Virus record (IMG/VR): IMGVR_UViG_3300025645_000038
Span: 1-64,000 of that record
DNA from: a virus
DNA length: 64,000 nucleotides
Strand: one strand, 5' to 3'
Made by a program: the position numbers and the translations under genes. Below are positions 8,546-16,144 of this stretch, one piece after another. The number at the start of each line of letters is the position of its first letter. Position 1 is the first letter of the stretch. A model generated the notes under the pieces. It was not told where the DNA came from, did not search any database, and saw only the letters and a program-made list of their open reading frames with translations.

Positions 8546-8704
8546 ATGTATAAAATAAATGATAAGGTTGAGTTCAAAGCTAACTCATTAGATATAGGTA
8601 CAGTAGTAGGTTTGCCTGATGAGGATACTCACATGTATTCTATAGAAACAATATCTGGTAATATAATTAGATGTACAGAACACTACATAAAACCTAGTAA
8701 ATAA
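8546..8704 (+). CDS. hypothetical protein (52 aa, SH3/KOW-like)
   Basis: Not in ORF track; AGGAG SD; MYKINDKVEF...IGTVVG. Confidence 0.55.
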   Translation: MYKINDKVEFKANSLDIGTVVGLPDEDTHMYSIETISGNIIRCTEHYIKPSK

Positions 8705-8871
8705 TGTTACATAAAAAAGTAAAAAGTCTCAAAGATTTTTTAGAACTACTAATTTTTCTTTTAATTTCACCTATCATTGGGATACTTATGTTAGTAGGAA
8801 TGATAGCTACTTCTATAGCTATGATTTGTATATACATTAAAGATTTTATTATGGGAAAGTTTTATGAATAA
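8704..8871 (+). CDS. small membrane protein (55 aa)
   Basis: Not in ORF track; TAATG coupling; long hydrophobic stretch LLIFLLISPIIGILMLVGMIATSIAMICIYI. Confidence 0.5.
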   Translation: MLHKKVKSLKDFLELLIFLLISPIIGILMLVGMIATSIAMICIYIKDFIMGKFYE

Positions 8872-9181
8872 GATTAGATTATATTGGGATATAATATCTC
8901 CTACATTAGGAATAGTATTTATATCTGCAATTATGTTTTTTGTAGTTGGTATGGTATTAAGTATTCCTCTATGTTTGTTATGGAATTGGTTAATGCCATT
9001 CATATTTGGTTTACCAAAGTTAAGTCTATTACAGACATTTGGATTATCGATATTGATATCTTTACTCGCTCCAAGAAAAATTGACTTGGGTAAGAAAGAA
9101 AAACCAACTAAAATTGACGAAGATTTAAATAAGAATTTAGAAGATTTACTACAGGATTTATCATCACAATTTAACGCTTAG
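8864..9181 (+). CDS. membrane protein
   Basis: Hydrophobic; LWNWLMP-x-IFGLPKL motif. Confidence 0.65.
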   Translation: MNKIRLYWDIISPTLGIVFISAIMFFVVGMVLSIPLCLLWNWLMPFIFGLPKLSLLQTFGLSILISLLAPRKIDLGKKEKPTKIDEDLNKNLEDLLQDLSSQFNA

Positions 9182-9213
9182 ACTATTTATATCCGTAACT
9201 ATAGGAGATATGA

Positions 9214-9372
9214 ATGTTAGATTTTGAATGGATGACAAATACTTTAAAAGAAGCTATTGAAAATGATGACTGGGAATTGGTTAGAGAAGTTATAGCTTAC
9301 TTAAAGGCGGATGATGTCTTTGAAGATTACAGACAAGAAGAAGACTGGTTTAGAGGCGCAGAAGATAATTAA
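9214..9372 (+). CDS. small acidic protein (52 aa)
   Basis: Not in ORF track; AGGAG SD; MLDFEWMTNTLKEAIENDDWELV...; ends 5 nt before the tmRNA. Confidence 0.6.
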   Translation: MLDFEWMTNTLKEAIENDDWELVREVIAYLKADDVFEDYRQEEDWFRGAEDN

Positions 9373-9377
9373 GATAT

Positions 9378-9796
9378 GGGGCTGTATTGGAAATCGACAG
9401 GTGTTATTTGACAATTGAGTGCAGCAGAGATTGAGTATGTCTCGTAAAAAAAGACTCACAAACCTAATTGACGAATCTAATTCGTTAGACGGGTTGGTCA
9501 TTGATTGGCACCTAGCTGAGTATGATTACTCACCTATGGTTCCAGTCGTTAATGACGAACCAACTTACGCATACGCTGCTTAAGTTACTGAGTTGTCTAA
9601 CACTCGGTCATAAAATAAGTTAGACGAACTCTCTTTAGTTAGGATAGAAGTTAGAGATTAAAGAAACTACCAGTTGGTAACTCTGAGTAAAGTTATAAAG
9701 TAGTTTGTCAGTTACTTCTTATTGAAACTGAACTAAGCTGTAAATGACTCATTGAAAAAAACATACTGGACAGGAGTTCGAATCTCCTCAGCTCCA
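9378..9796 (+). ncRNA. ssrA: tmRNA
   Basis: 5' GGGGCTG pairs with 3' CAGCTCC-A (G3.U70 Ala identity); 5' TCGAC; T-arm AGGAG-TTCGAAT-CTCCT; PK1 (GAGA/TCTC, TGAGT/ACTCA); tag ORF 9470-9583 ending YAYAA-stop; CCA not encoded. Confidence 0.95.
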
Positions 9797-9814
9797 CAAA
9801 ATATAAGGAAACTA

Positions 9815-10219
9815 ATGTCAAGTATATTACTATCACCAGCAATAGCAGCTAAAGGTTTTGTTGATTCAGCAGTAACAATAAATGGTACTGCTACATCAGC
9901 CGGTTCAGGTTATGGTGGCGCTATAACATCAGCAGTAGCTAATTTGGTATCAGCTTCGACATCGATTACTGTTATACAAACTGCTCTAATTCCTATTGGA
10001 GCAACAACGCCACCAGCTAAAATAGGAGTAAATATAACTGGTGCTATATTAGCTCAGATAGTTACTGTAAACGCTACGATAGTAGCTACTACTGCACAAT
10101 CAATTGCAAGTTTGGGATTACCATCACCAACATTTCCAACATCAGCCGCTTTGGTAAATACACAACTAAAAGCTATATCAGACTCTATACAAAAAGGATT
10201 AATACAACCACAACAATAA
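9815..10219 (+). CDS. Ala/Thr/Ser/Ile-rich, nearly uncharged protein (134 aa)
   Basis: Start moved from 9752 (inside the tmRNA) to ATG 9815 with AAGGA SD. Confidence 0.65.
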   Translation: MSSILLSPAIAAKGFVDSAVTINGTATSAGSGYGGAITSAVANLVSASTSITVIQTALIPIGATTPPAKIGVNITGAILAQIVTVNATIVATTAQSIASLGLPSPTFPTSAALVNTQLKAISDSIQKGLIQPQQ

Positions 10220-10231
10220 AAAAAATAAAAA

Positions 10232-10272
10232 AAAGCTTGACTTTTAGCAAAATTATTCGTAGCTTTAGGTAT
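10232..10272 (+). promoter_or_regulatory. early promoter repeat, copy 3 (TTGACT-N17-TAGCTT)
   Basis: AAAGCTTGACTTTTAGCAAAATTATTCGTAGCTTTAGGTAT preceded by poly-A UP-like tract. Confidence 0.8.
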
Positions 10273-10292
10273 AACAAAAAAGGAAATAAACA

Positions 10293-10544
10293 ATGAATAT
10301 AAAACTAGAAATCAGTAAACTAAAAAGTCTTTCGGAATTGAATGAGTTATCATCATTCGTTAATGAATGTAAAACTCTGTTAGGTAAAGCAGCTCTGTCT
10401 GTTGGAGCTAATGTCTTCGTAGTTCAGAAAACTAAAAAGACTCCTGGTGTAATCACTAAGATGAATGTTAAGAAAGCTATTGTGGAGATGAGTGGTATGA
10501 AATACAGCGTTCCATTTTCAATGTTGGAACTAAGGTATAGTTAA
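10293..10544 (+). CDS. hypothetical early protein (helical N-term plus SH3-like C-term)
   Basis: AAGGA SD; follows promoter copy 3. Confidence 0.7.
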   Translation: MNIKLEISKLKSLSELNELSSFVNECKTLLGKAALSVGANVFVVQKTKKTPGVITKMNVKKAIVEMSGMKYSVPFSMLELRYS

Positions 10545-10557
10545 AATAGTTTAAAAT

Positions 10558-10598
10558 AAAGCTTGACTTTTAGCAAAATTATTCGTAGCTTTAGGTAT
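10558..10598 (+). promoter_or_regulatory. early promoter repeat, copy 4 (TTGACT-N17-TAGCTT)
   Basis: Identical to copy 3 over 41 nt. Confidence 0.8.
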
Positions 10599-10617
10599 AA
10601 ATTAAAGGAAATAAATA

Positions 10618-10857
10618 ATGAATATAGATGAATATAAAATAAGTAATGAAGAGTTTGAAGACATGGGATTCAAAGATATAAAGGTTCCAGACCCAAAAGA
10701 CTTTGGTCTTAAAGAGGATTTGAAGGAGTTAGAAGGTGTTTCTAACTTTGAAGGATATCCTTTTTTCGCTATGGATATTGAGTCAGATGGTACACCAGGT
10801 TTCTTCGATAGTAGTTCGTATGATGTCGAAGATTATGATGGTGACATATTAGACTAA
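10618..10857 (+). CDS. small, highly acidic early protein
   Basis: AAGGA SD; D/E-rich. Confidence 0.65.
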   Translation: MNIDEYKISNEEFEDMGFKDIKVPDPKDFGLKEDLKELEGVSNFEGYPFFAMDIESDGTPGFFDSSSYDVEDYDGDILD

Positions 10858-10888
10858 AATAATTGAAAATATATTTGTATTTGAGTAT

Positions 10889-10896
10889 ATACTTAT
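10889..10896 (+). promoter_or_regulatory. putative late promoter variant ATACTTAT
   Basis: Ends 12 nt upstream of the tRNA 5' end. Confidence 0.35.
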
Positions 10897-10908
10897 ATAA
10901 TTATTATT

Positions 10909-10980
10909 GCGGAGGAAGTGTTATAGGAAACACACTTCTTTTCCAAAGAAGAGATATTGGTTCGACTCCAATCCTCCGCT
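10909..10980 (+). tRNA. tRNA-Gly (anticodon TCC), non-canonical A8/U14
   Basis: Acceptor GCGGAGG/CCTCCGC, discriminator U; D stem GTGT(T)/(A)ACAC; anticodon stem CTTCT/AGAAG with loop TTTCCAA; T arm ATTGG-TTCGACT-CCAAT. Confidence 0.9.
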
Positions 10981-11038
10981 CAAAATTTTGGCCAGCTAGG
11001 CTATTTACTAATTGAATATTAAATAAAGAGAGTACCAT

Positions 11039-12232
11039 ATGAGTTTTAATGATTTCTTCGATGAAGAAAAATTTGACTTCGAAGCTGAACGCAAGAAGTT
11101 TATCGATAACTTAGACTTTCTCAAGTCTATGTCTGTACAAGAACAAACATTATATAAGAAGTGGATGGAGTTTAATGCTGATGTCTATTCTATGACACAG
11201 AAAGCTACACACTTTTCTAAGATAGAGAAATCTATTTGGACACCAAAAGATATTAATAATAAAGAACAAACTATCAAAGAGATAGAAGCCTTAGAACCTT
11301 ACGTTGAAGCAACCGAACAAGGTAACACCAAGCATAATGAAGAGTGGACATTGGTTCGTAGGTTGATTCATACTATGGAGTTTACTGCTAATCCTGGCAG
11401 AAACCTAAAGTTCTATGTCAAAGATAAAGTATCAGGTAAAATATTAGGTATTATTTGTTTGGGCTCTGATGTAACTTCATTGGGTGCTAGAGATAACTTT
11501 ATCGGTTGGACTAAAGACAATAAATTTAAAGATGGTAAACTTAAATATACCTCTATCGGTACAACTATATGTTGTGCTCAACCATTAGGATTCAACTTCT
11601 TGGGTGGTAAGTTAGTAGCAGCTATGGTTACATCATCGGTAGTTAGGGATGCTTGGAAGAAGTTATATGGACAAACATTAGTTGGTTTATCTACTACCTC
11701 TTTGTATGGTATTCACTCTATGTATAACTCTATACCACTTTGGAAAACATTAGGTTCATCATCAGGTAAGATAGCTCTTAAACCAGATGACTCTACATAT
11801 GATGTCTGGCATCAATGGTTGAAAGAAAACCAATCAGAAGAGTATCTGAAACAGACTACACAAAAAGAAGGTGTAGCAGGTCCTCCAACAGGTGTAAAAC
11901 AAAAGGTTATCAATATGATATTCAGAGCCGTTGGAGTTAAAGCATCAACCTATATGCATGGATTTAAGAGAGGTATCTTCTACGCTGATATGTATGAGAA
12001 TGGTAAGGAGTTCCTAAGAGGAGAAATAGAAGAAAAAGATTTGAAGATGAAACAGAAGTATGTTGATGATAGTGATTACATTATGAATTGGTGGAAACCA
12101 AAGGCTATCAAAAGATATATTAAGTTATTTGATGAAGGTAAACTTAAACCAGAGAAGTTATTCTACGGCGACATCGTAGGAAAGACTTGGGAAGAAACAA
12201 AAGAACAATATTTAGGAGAAGTAGGAAGATAA
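11039..12232 (+). CDS. DruA/DUF4338-like protein
   Basis: PGRNLKFYV...LGIICLGS...RDNFIGW, PLGFNFLGGKLVA, W-x-x-x-YG, TTSLYG-x-x-SMYN motifs. Confidence 0.7.
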   Translation: MSFNDFFDEEKFDFEAERKKFIDNLDFLKSMSVQEQTLYKKWMEFNADVYSMTQKATHFSKIEKSIWTPKDINNKEQTIKEIEALEPYVEATEQGNTKHNEEWTLVRRLIHTMEFTANPGRNLKFYVKDKVSGKILGIICLGSDVTSLGARDNFIGWTKDNKFKDGKLKYTSIGTTICCAQPLGFNFLGGKLVAAMVTSSVVRDAWKKLYGQTLVGLSTTSLYGIHSMYNSIPLWKTLGSSSGKIALKPDDSTYDVWHQWLKENQSEEYLKQTTQKEGVAGPPTGVKQKVINMIFRAVGVKASTYMHGFKRGIFYADMYENGKEFLRGEIEEKDLKMKQKYVDDSDYIMNWWKPKAIKRYIKLFDEGKLKPEKLFYGDIVGKTWEETKEQYLGEVGR

Positions 12233-12256
12233 ATGGGCGCTTTTTACTTTTTCTGG

Positions 12257-12343
12257 ATACTTATATGTACACAAACTTTAAACCATACATTTTGTATGGA
12301 AAAAACCGAATACTTAGGTATTCACTAATAAGGAGACGCTTAT
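12257..12343 (+). promoter_or_regulatory. late-type promoter variant plus structured leader (three hairpins, the last enclosing the SD)
   Basis: ATACTTAT 12257-64; CCATACA/TGTATGG; GAATAC/GTATTC; ATAAG..CTTAT around GGAG and overlapping the ATG. Confidence 0.4.
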
Positions 12344-14294
12344 GTGCACACTTAAATTGGGTAAACACCCTACAGTAAAACTTATAAATGTAAATGGTCA
12401 AAGGCAAATAGATACTAATTATATCGAAGAAACACTAAAACTTAGAAACTATTTGATAAGTAAAAATTTTCTTTCGAAAGTTGTTTTCTATCAGTTTGAC
12501 AAAGAAGTAATTTATAAATTAATCCAAAATTATCATCAGCCCGTAGAAGGTTACGTTGATGAATGTGGAATATTTCAACCATTGTCGCAAAGAGTTATCG
12601 GAGGACACTCTAGTGATTACGATTACAATTTCTTTATTTGTAGATTATATGGCTTTTCAGAAGTAAATCTAAGATTAGCTCATGCTTTGGATAAGAATCC
12701 AAAAATGATTTGGTACAATATTGACCAACAACACGCGTTATTTTTTGAATACCTATACACAGTACGTAATGAAAGTTTTGATATAGAGTTGTTTAAAAAA
12801 GCTCATGAGTTAGTTGTTACTGAAAATGGTGTTGATAAAAACAATGTGGTTTACAAAGAGATACAAAGGTGGATTAGAAAAGCTAAAAAACAAAATGTTA
12901 TGAATTGGCAACAAATCTCTAATAATCAAACAGGAGAATTTGAGTTTATAAAAGGTAGTGTAAATAAACCATTTATGGTAGAGTGTACTTTTGGAACACA
13001 AAAAGTAATAACAAACAAAACTCAAAAAATAAATGATAATCCTTTTGGTTGGGGTGATTGGCAGAAAGTAAGAAATCAGTTAACAAATAATGATGAATTG
13101 TATCAAACAGTATTTACAGAAGATGGTAACTTAAATTACTTTTTGGGTAAAGTAAAAGATAATAGTTTTTGGTACAAACTTGATGCTTTTATCAAAAGAC
13201 AATATTTTGCTACAAACGCTCAACCATCAGATAAAAAAATCTATAGTGGTGAAGTAGAATGTGCTTACTTTAAGTTTCTACTTACTTTTTTAGATAATGA
13301 TGGTAAAATTGATATGAAAACATATGGTCTCACAAAATTGCAATCCGATTTAACTAAAGATGGTATACTATATCCAAGTTTAGATACTGTAATTACTATA
13401 TGGGATAAGCTTAACAAATACTATCAGAGTGATAAAGAAGTTGTAAAAGATGAATTGGATACTTTAAGAAATTACTTCTTAGACTACTTTGATAGTATGA
13501 CAAACATAGCTTCTAAACCAAAAGGTTTGTGTGCTAAAATTAATAGAAGTCTAGCAGAGAAAGCAAAACATTATGCTGAAACTATTTCAAATGATGGTAA
13601 ACAACCTCTGAATGTTAAAGACCAAAGAATAACTAAGTATGAAAACTCAATTTGGTTTATTAAAAACTCTATTATATTATATCATAAGTTTCATGAGAAG
13701 TGTTCTTTTTCACTATATGGAATGACAGAAGCTTATTTAAAGTTCTATCTAAATCATTTTAGTAATGGGTGGTTTAATGATAGCGCTATGAAATTAATGG
13801 TTCAGGGTATTTCTACTGGAACTGCCGGTAGGTATTCTACTATAAGTAGCCATCATACTAAATTAGTAAATGAAACCGAAAAGTTGTTAAAGGAGAAAAA
13901 GACAACTACTGATCCAGGTTTAAGAAGGCAACATAATGAATTATGGGAGTCTGCTAAAGATGAGGTTCTTACTGATGTTGAATACAATGGTTACTACTTT
14001 TGCCCAAAAGAAGGCAAAATGCTTGATGAAACAAATACTGATTTAGGTCATGATTTATTAAAAAAATGGGGTAGAGAAGCTAAATTAGAAACTACATTTA
14101 TACAAGGAAGAAAAGAGAATAGGAAATGGAATAAAGGTAACTTTCCAAAACCTGCTGATTATTTAGATGGTGTGTTAAAAACATACAATCATATGATGAG
14201 TAATCAACAAAATGTTGAACAAGAAGTTTTGATGAAGATTTTACCTTGTATACCAGTAATTAAAAAGGTTATAGAAAAATACAAAGAATTATAA
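12342..14294 (+). CDS. putative divergent GmrSD-like (DUF262 + HNH) nuclease
   Basis: N-terminal GQRQ and IDQQH (cf. QR and DGQQR of DUF262); C-terminal CPKEG...DLGH...WG...ENRKWNK HNH-like pattern. Confidence 0.45.
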   Translation: MCTLKLGKHPTVKLINVNGQRQIDTNYIEETLKLRNYLISKNFLSKVVFYQFDKEVIYKLIQNYHQPVEGYVDECGIFQPLSQRVIGGHSSDYDYNFFICRLYGFSEVNLRLAHALDKNPKMIWYNIDQQHALFFEYLYTVRNESFDIELFKKAHELVVTENGVDKNNVVYKEIQRWIRKAKKQNVMNWQQISNNQTGEFEFIKGSVNKPFMVECTFGTQKVITNKTQKINDNPFGWGDWQKVRNQLTNNDELYQTVFTEDGNLNYFLGKVKDNSFWYKLDAFIKRQYFATNAQPSDKKIYSGEVECAYFKFLLTFLDNDGKIDMKTYGLTKLQSDLTKDGILYPSLDTVITIWDKLNKYYQSDKEVVKDELDTLRNYFLDYFDSMTNIASKPKGLCAKINRSLAEKAKHYAETISNDGKQPLNVKDQRITKYENSIWFIKNSIILYHKFHEKCSFSLYGMTEAYLKFYLNHFSNGWFNDSAMKLMVQGISTGTAGRYSTISSHHTKLVNETEKLLKEKKTTTDPGLRRQHNELWESAKDEVLTDVEYNGYYFCPKEGKMLDETNTDLGHDLLKKWGREAKLETTFIQGRKENRKWNKGNFPKPADYLDGVLKTYNHMMSNQQNVEQEVLMKILPCIPVIKKVIEKYKEL

Positions 14295-14391
14295 ACTAAA
14301 AAACGTATGAACGAATAGATATCTGAGGATATCGATGAAGAGCACTTTGGTGTTCGATTATTTCGACATAATAAATTTATGGAGAAATATA

Positions 14392-15735
14392 TTGAATATT
14401 TACGATTTTTCGAATGAAAAAGATAATGAAAAAAGATATAATTACAAAATACTCGTATACCCAAACATCACCTATATGCGTGATTTGGAGAAGGATTCTT
14501 ATGTCGTAGTTCTGCGAAATGTAATCAAAGAGCTTAACAAAGTTCGTGATGATGTTCATTGGACAATAATGTCACCTGGTGATATTAAAAGCCTGACATT
14601 TGAAAATACAACGCAGATACCAATTAATTTACCATCTTATCCAAATGCGATGAGATGTCATTTTAATTACAATGAAATAAAAAGTAATCTAAGATGGAAG
14701 CATACAGATTACGATGTAGTGTATTCTCATTTACCCGAACATACACTACAACTTAAAAATCTATTAGTCAATGATACTAATATAGACCCAAAGGTTGTAG
14801 GATATTGTCATTGGTATGAGGTAGATGAAAATACAAACTACAGCGAAAGGATGCTTTTACATAATTACAATGGAATGTTAAGAATGGAAGAGTGTGGTGT
14901 AAATAGTATATGGTTGAAGGAATTGGTTTTGGAGAAGGCTAGAGATATATTTTCTAAACAAATAATATCTAAGTTAGATAAAATCATTCAACCTCATTAT
15001 CTTGGTATAGACAAAATAAATAATATGGAAGTTCAAACAAAAAAGAAAACAATTATCTTTAATCATAGAGATAACTACTATACAGGTTGGACATGGTTCA
15101 TAGATAGTATGGATGAATTATATAAACAACGCCAAGACTTTACAGTCTACACCACACTCGCAGATTTAGATAGGCCTTATGCTAAAAGAGTAAGGATAAG
15201 TGACAGAGATGAATACTTAGATTTTATTCGTTCAATGCATGTTGGTGTTGGAACATTTCAAAAATACTCTGCTTGGTCAATATCAACAACTGATTCACTT
15301 AGTATGGGTGTTCCTTATATTCTACCAAACAAACTATGTTATCCAGAAATGGTTGGTAAAGATTATCCTTTACTATATGAGGGTAGAGATGGGTTCTTAC
15401 AGAAACTAAATGGAGCGCTTGACGATGATGGTAGTGTAGATAAAGCTAAGACTTATCTTAAAACAAAGATACAAGAGTTTCCTTGGGCTAACAGAGTTCC
15501 ACAATGGTTTGGTGGTTGGAACTTTCTTACTCCTAATTCATTTGATATGATTGGTGAGAAGAGTGAATCTTATCCTAAGATAGTAGACTTTATTCACAAA
15601 AAGAAATCGGTTACTAAAAAAGAAATCTTAGATTATTTAGGTTGGGGTGTGAGAATATCATTTAGCCCTTATCGTAATAGATTGAGAACGGAACCAACAA
15701 TTAAATTTACAAAAAATAGATATGAGGTTAGATAA
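14392..15735 (+). CDS. GT-B glycosyltransferase with C-terminal winged-HTH (candidate DNA glycosyltransferase)
   Basis: YDVVYSHLPE, YCHW, IIFNHR, WSISTTDSLSMGVPYILP GT-B motifs; C-term IVDFI...VTKKEILDYLGW; TTG start at 14392 after GGAG. Confidence 0.7.
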   Translation: MNIYDFSNEKDNEKRYNYKILVYPNITYMRDLEKDSYVVVLRNVIKELNKVRDDVHWTIMSPGDIKSLTFENTTQIPINLPSYPNAMRCHFNYNEIKSNLRWKHTDYDVVYSHLPEHTLQLKNLLVNDTNIDPKVVGYCHWYEVDENTNYSERMLLHNYNGMLRMEECGVNSIWLKELVLEKARDIFSKQIISKLDKIIQPHYLGIDKINNMEVQTKKKTIIFNHRDNYYTGWTWFIDSMDELYKQRQDFTVYTTLADLDRPYAKRVRISDRDEYLDFIRSMHVGVGTFQKYSAWSISTTDSLSMGVPYILPNKLCYPEMVGKDYPLLYEGRDGFLQKLNGALDDDGSVDKAKTYLKTKIQEFPWANRVPQWFGGWNFLTPNSFDMIGEKSESYPKIVDFIHKKKSVTKKEILDYLGWGVRISFSPYRNRLRTEPTIKFTKNRYEVR

Positions 15736-15962
15736 TGTTAATAACAATTGTATATAGTGAACAATTTACAGATAATGCAAAATCACTTAGTGGTGCTGTA
15801 AAGAACAAATGGTCAGATGCTAGTGTAAATCTTATGGGTACATTTGGCAAAACAGATAGCTTTAGTAGGTATCAGGTACAGATTGGTAGAGATATAATAT
15901 ATCATAGCGATTCTGTCACAGATAATAATTCAATAATAGACTTAATAGAGGAGAGGTTATAA
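15735..15962 (+). CDS. Rdx (SelW/SelT/SelH)-like thioredoxin-fold protein lacking CxxC/U
   Basis: MLITIVY-x6-AKSL...YQVQIG..IIY...IIDLIE pattern. Confidence 0.45.
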   Translation: MLITIVYSEQFTDNAKSLSGAVKNKWSDASVNLMGTFGKTDSFSRYQVQIGRDIIYHSDSVTDNNSIIDLIEERL

Positions 15963-16144
15963 TGAAAAATCAAAACAACGACCCAATAGCTTGGGGAACA
16001 AGAATCGAAGGTAGACAATTAGTAGTGGAGTGTCCGTTTGGAAACCATGAACATTTACATGGGGTTTCAGAAGGTGGAAGAGTACCACATTGTGATGGTG
16101 GAAACTTTTATGTCGTAAAACATAAACCAGGATTAGAAATATGA
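15962..16144 (+). CDS. small His/Cys metal-binding protein
   Basis: CPFG-x-HEHLHG...RVPHC; GGAGAGG SD. Confidence 0.6.
   Translation: MKNQNNDPIAWGTRIEGRQLVVECPFGNHEHLHGVSEGGRVPHCDGGNFYVVKHKPGLEI

Noticed and set aside
8782-8789. Late promoter motif ATACTTAT
   Set aside because: It lies inside the 55-aa membrane ORF 8704-8871, so a chance match is likely.
9301-9815. ORF 9301-9501 (-) and the 9752 start of the Ala/Thr-rich ORF
   Set aside because: Both overlap the tmRNA. ATG 9815 has a proper SD.
4697-10598. CRISPR array or attachment sites from the ~40-nt repeats
   Set aside because: Copies are hundreds to thousands of nt apart, separated by genes, and have -35/-10 geometry. No cas or integrase gene is present.
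11039-12232. Complete Druantia defence system
   Set aside because: No DruE-like helicase or other Dru genes are recognisable nearby. Only the DruA-like gene is present.
14306-14370. Hammerhead ribozyme or rRNA fragment (ATCGATGAAGA resembles a 5.8S/LSU motif)
   Set aside because: The CUGAnGA and GAAA core is not correctly placed, and the rRNA-like match is too short to be meaningful.
15735-15962. Selenoprotein (SelW-like with UGA recoding)
   Set aside because: There is no in-frame TGA or Cys at the motif position.
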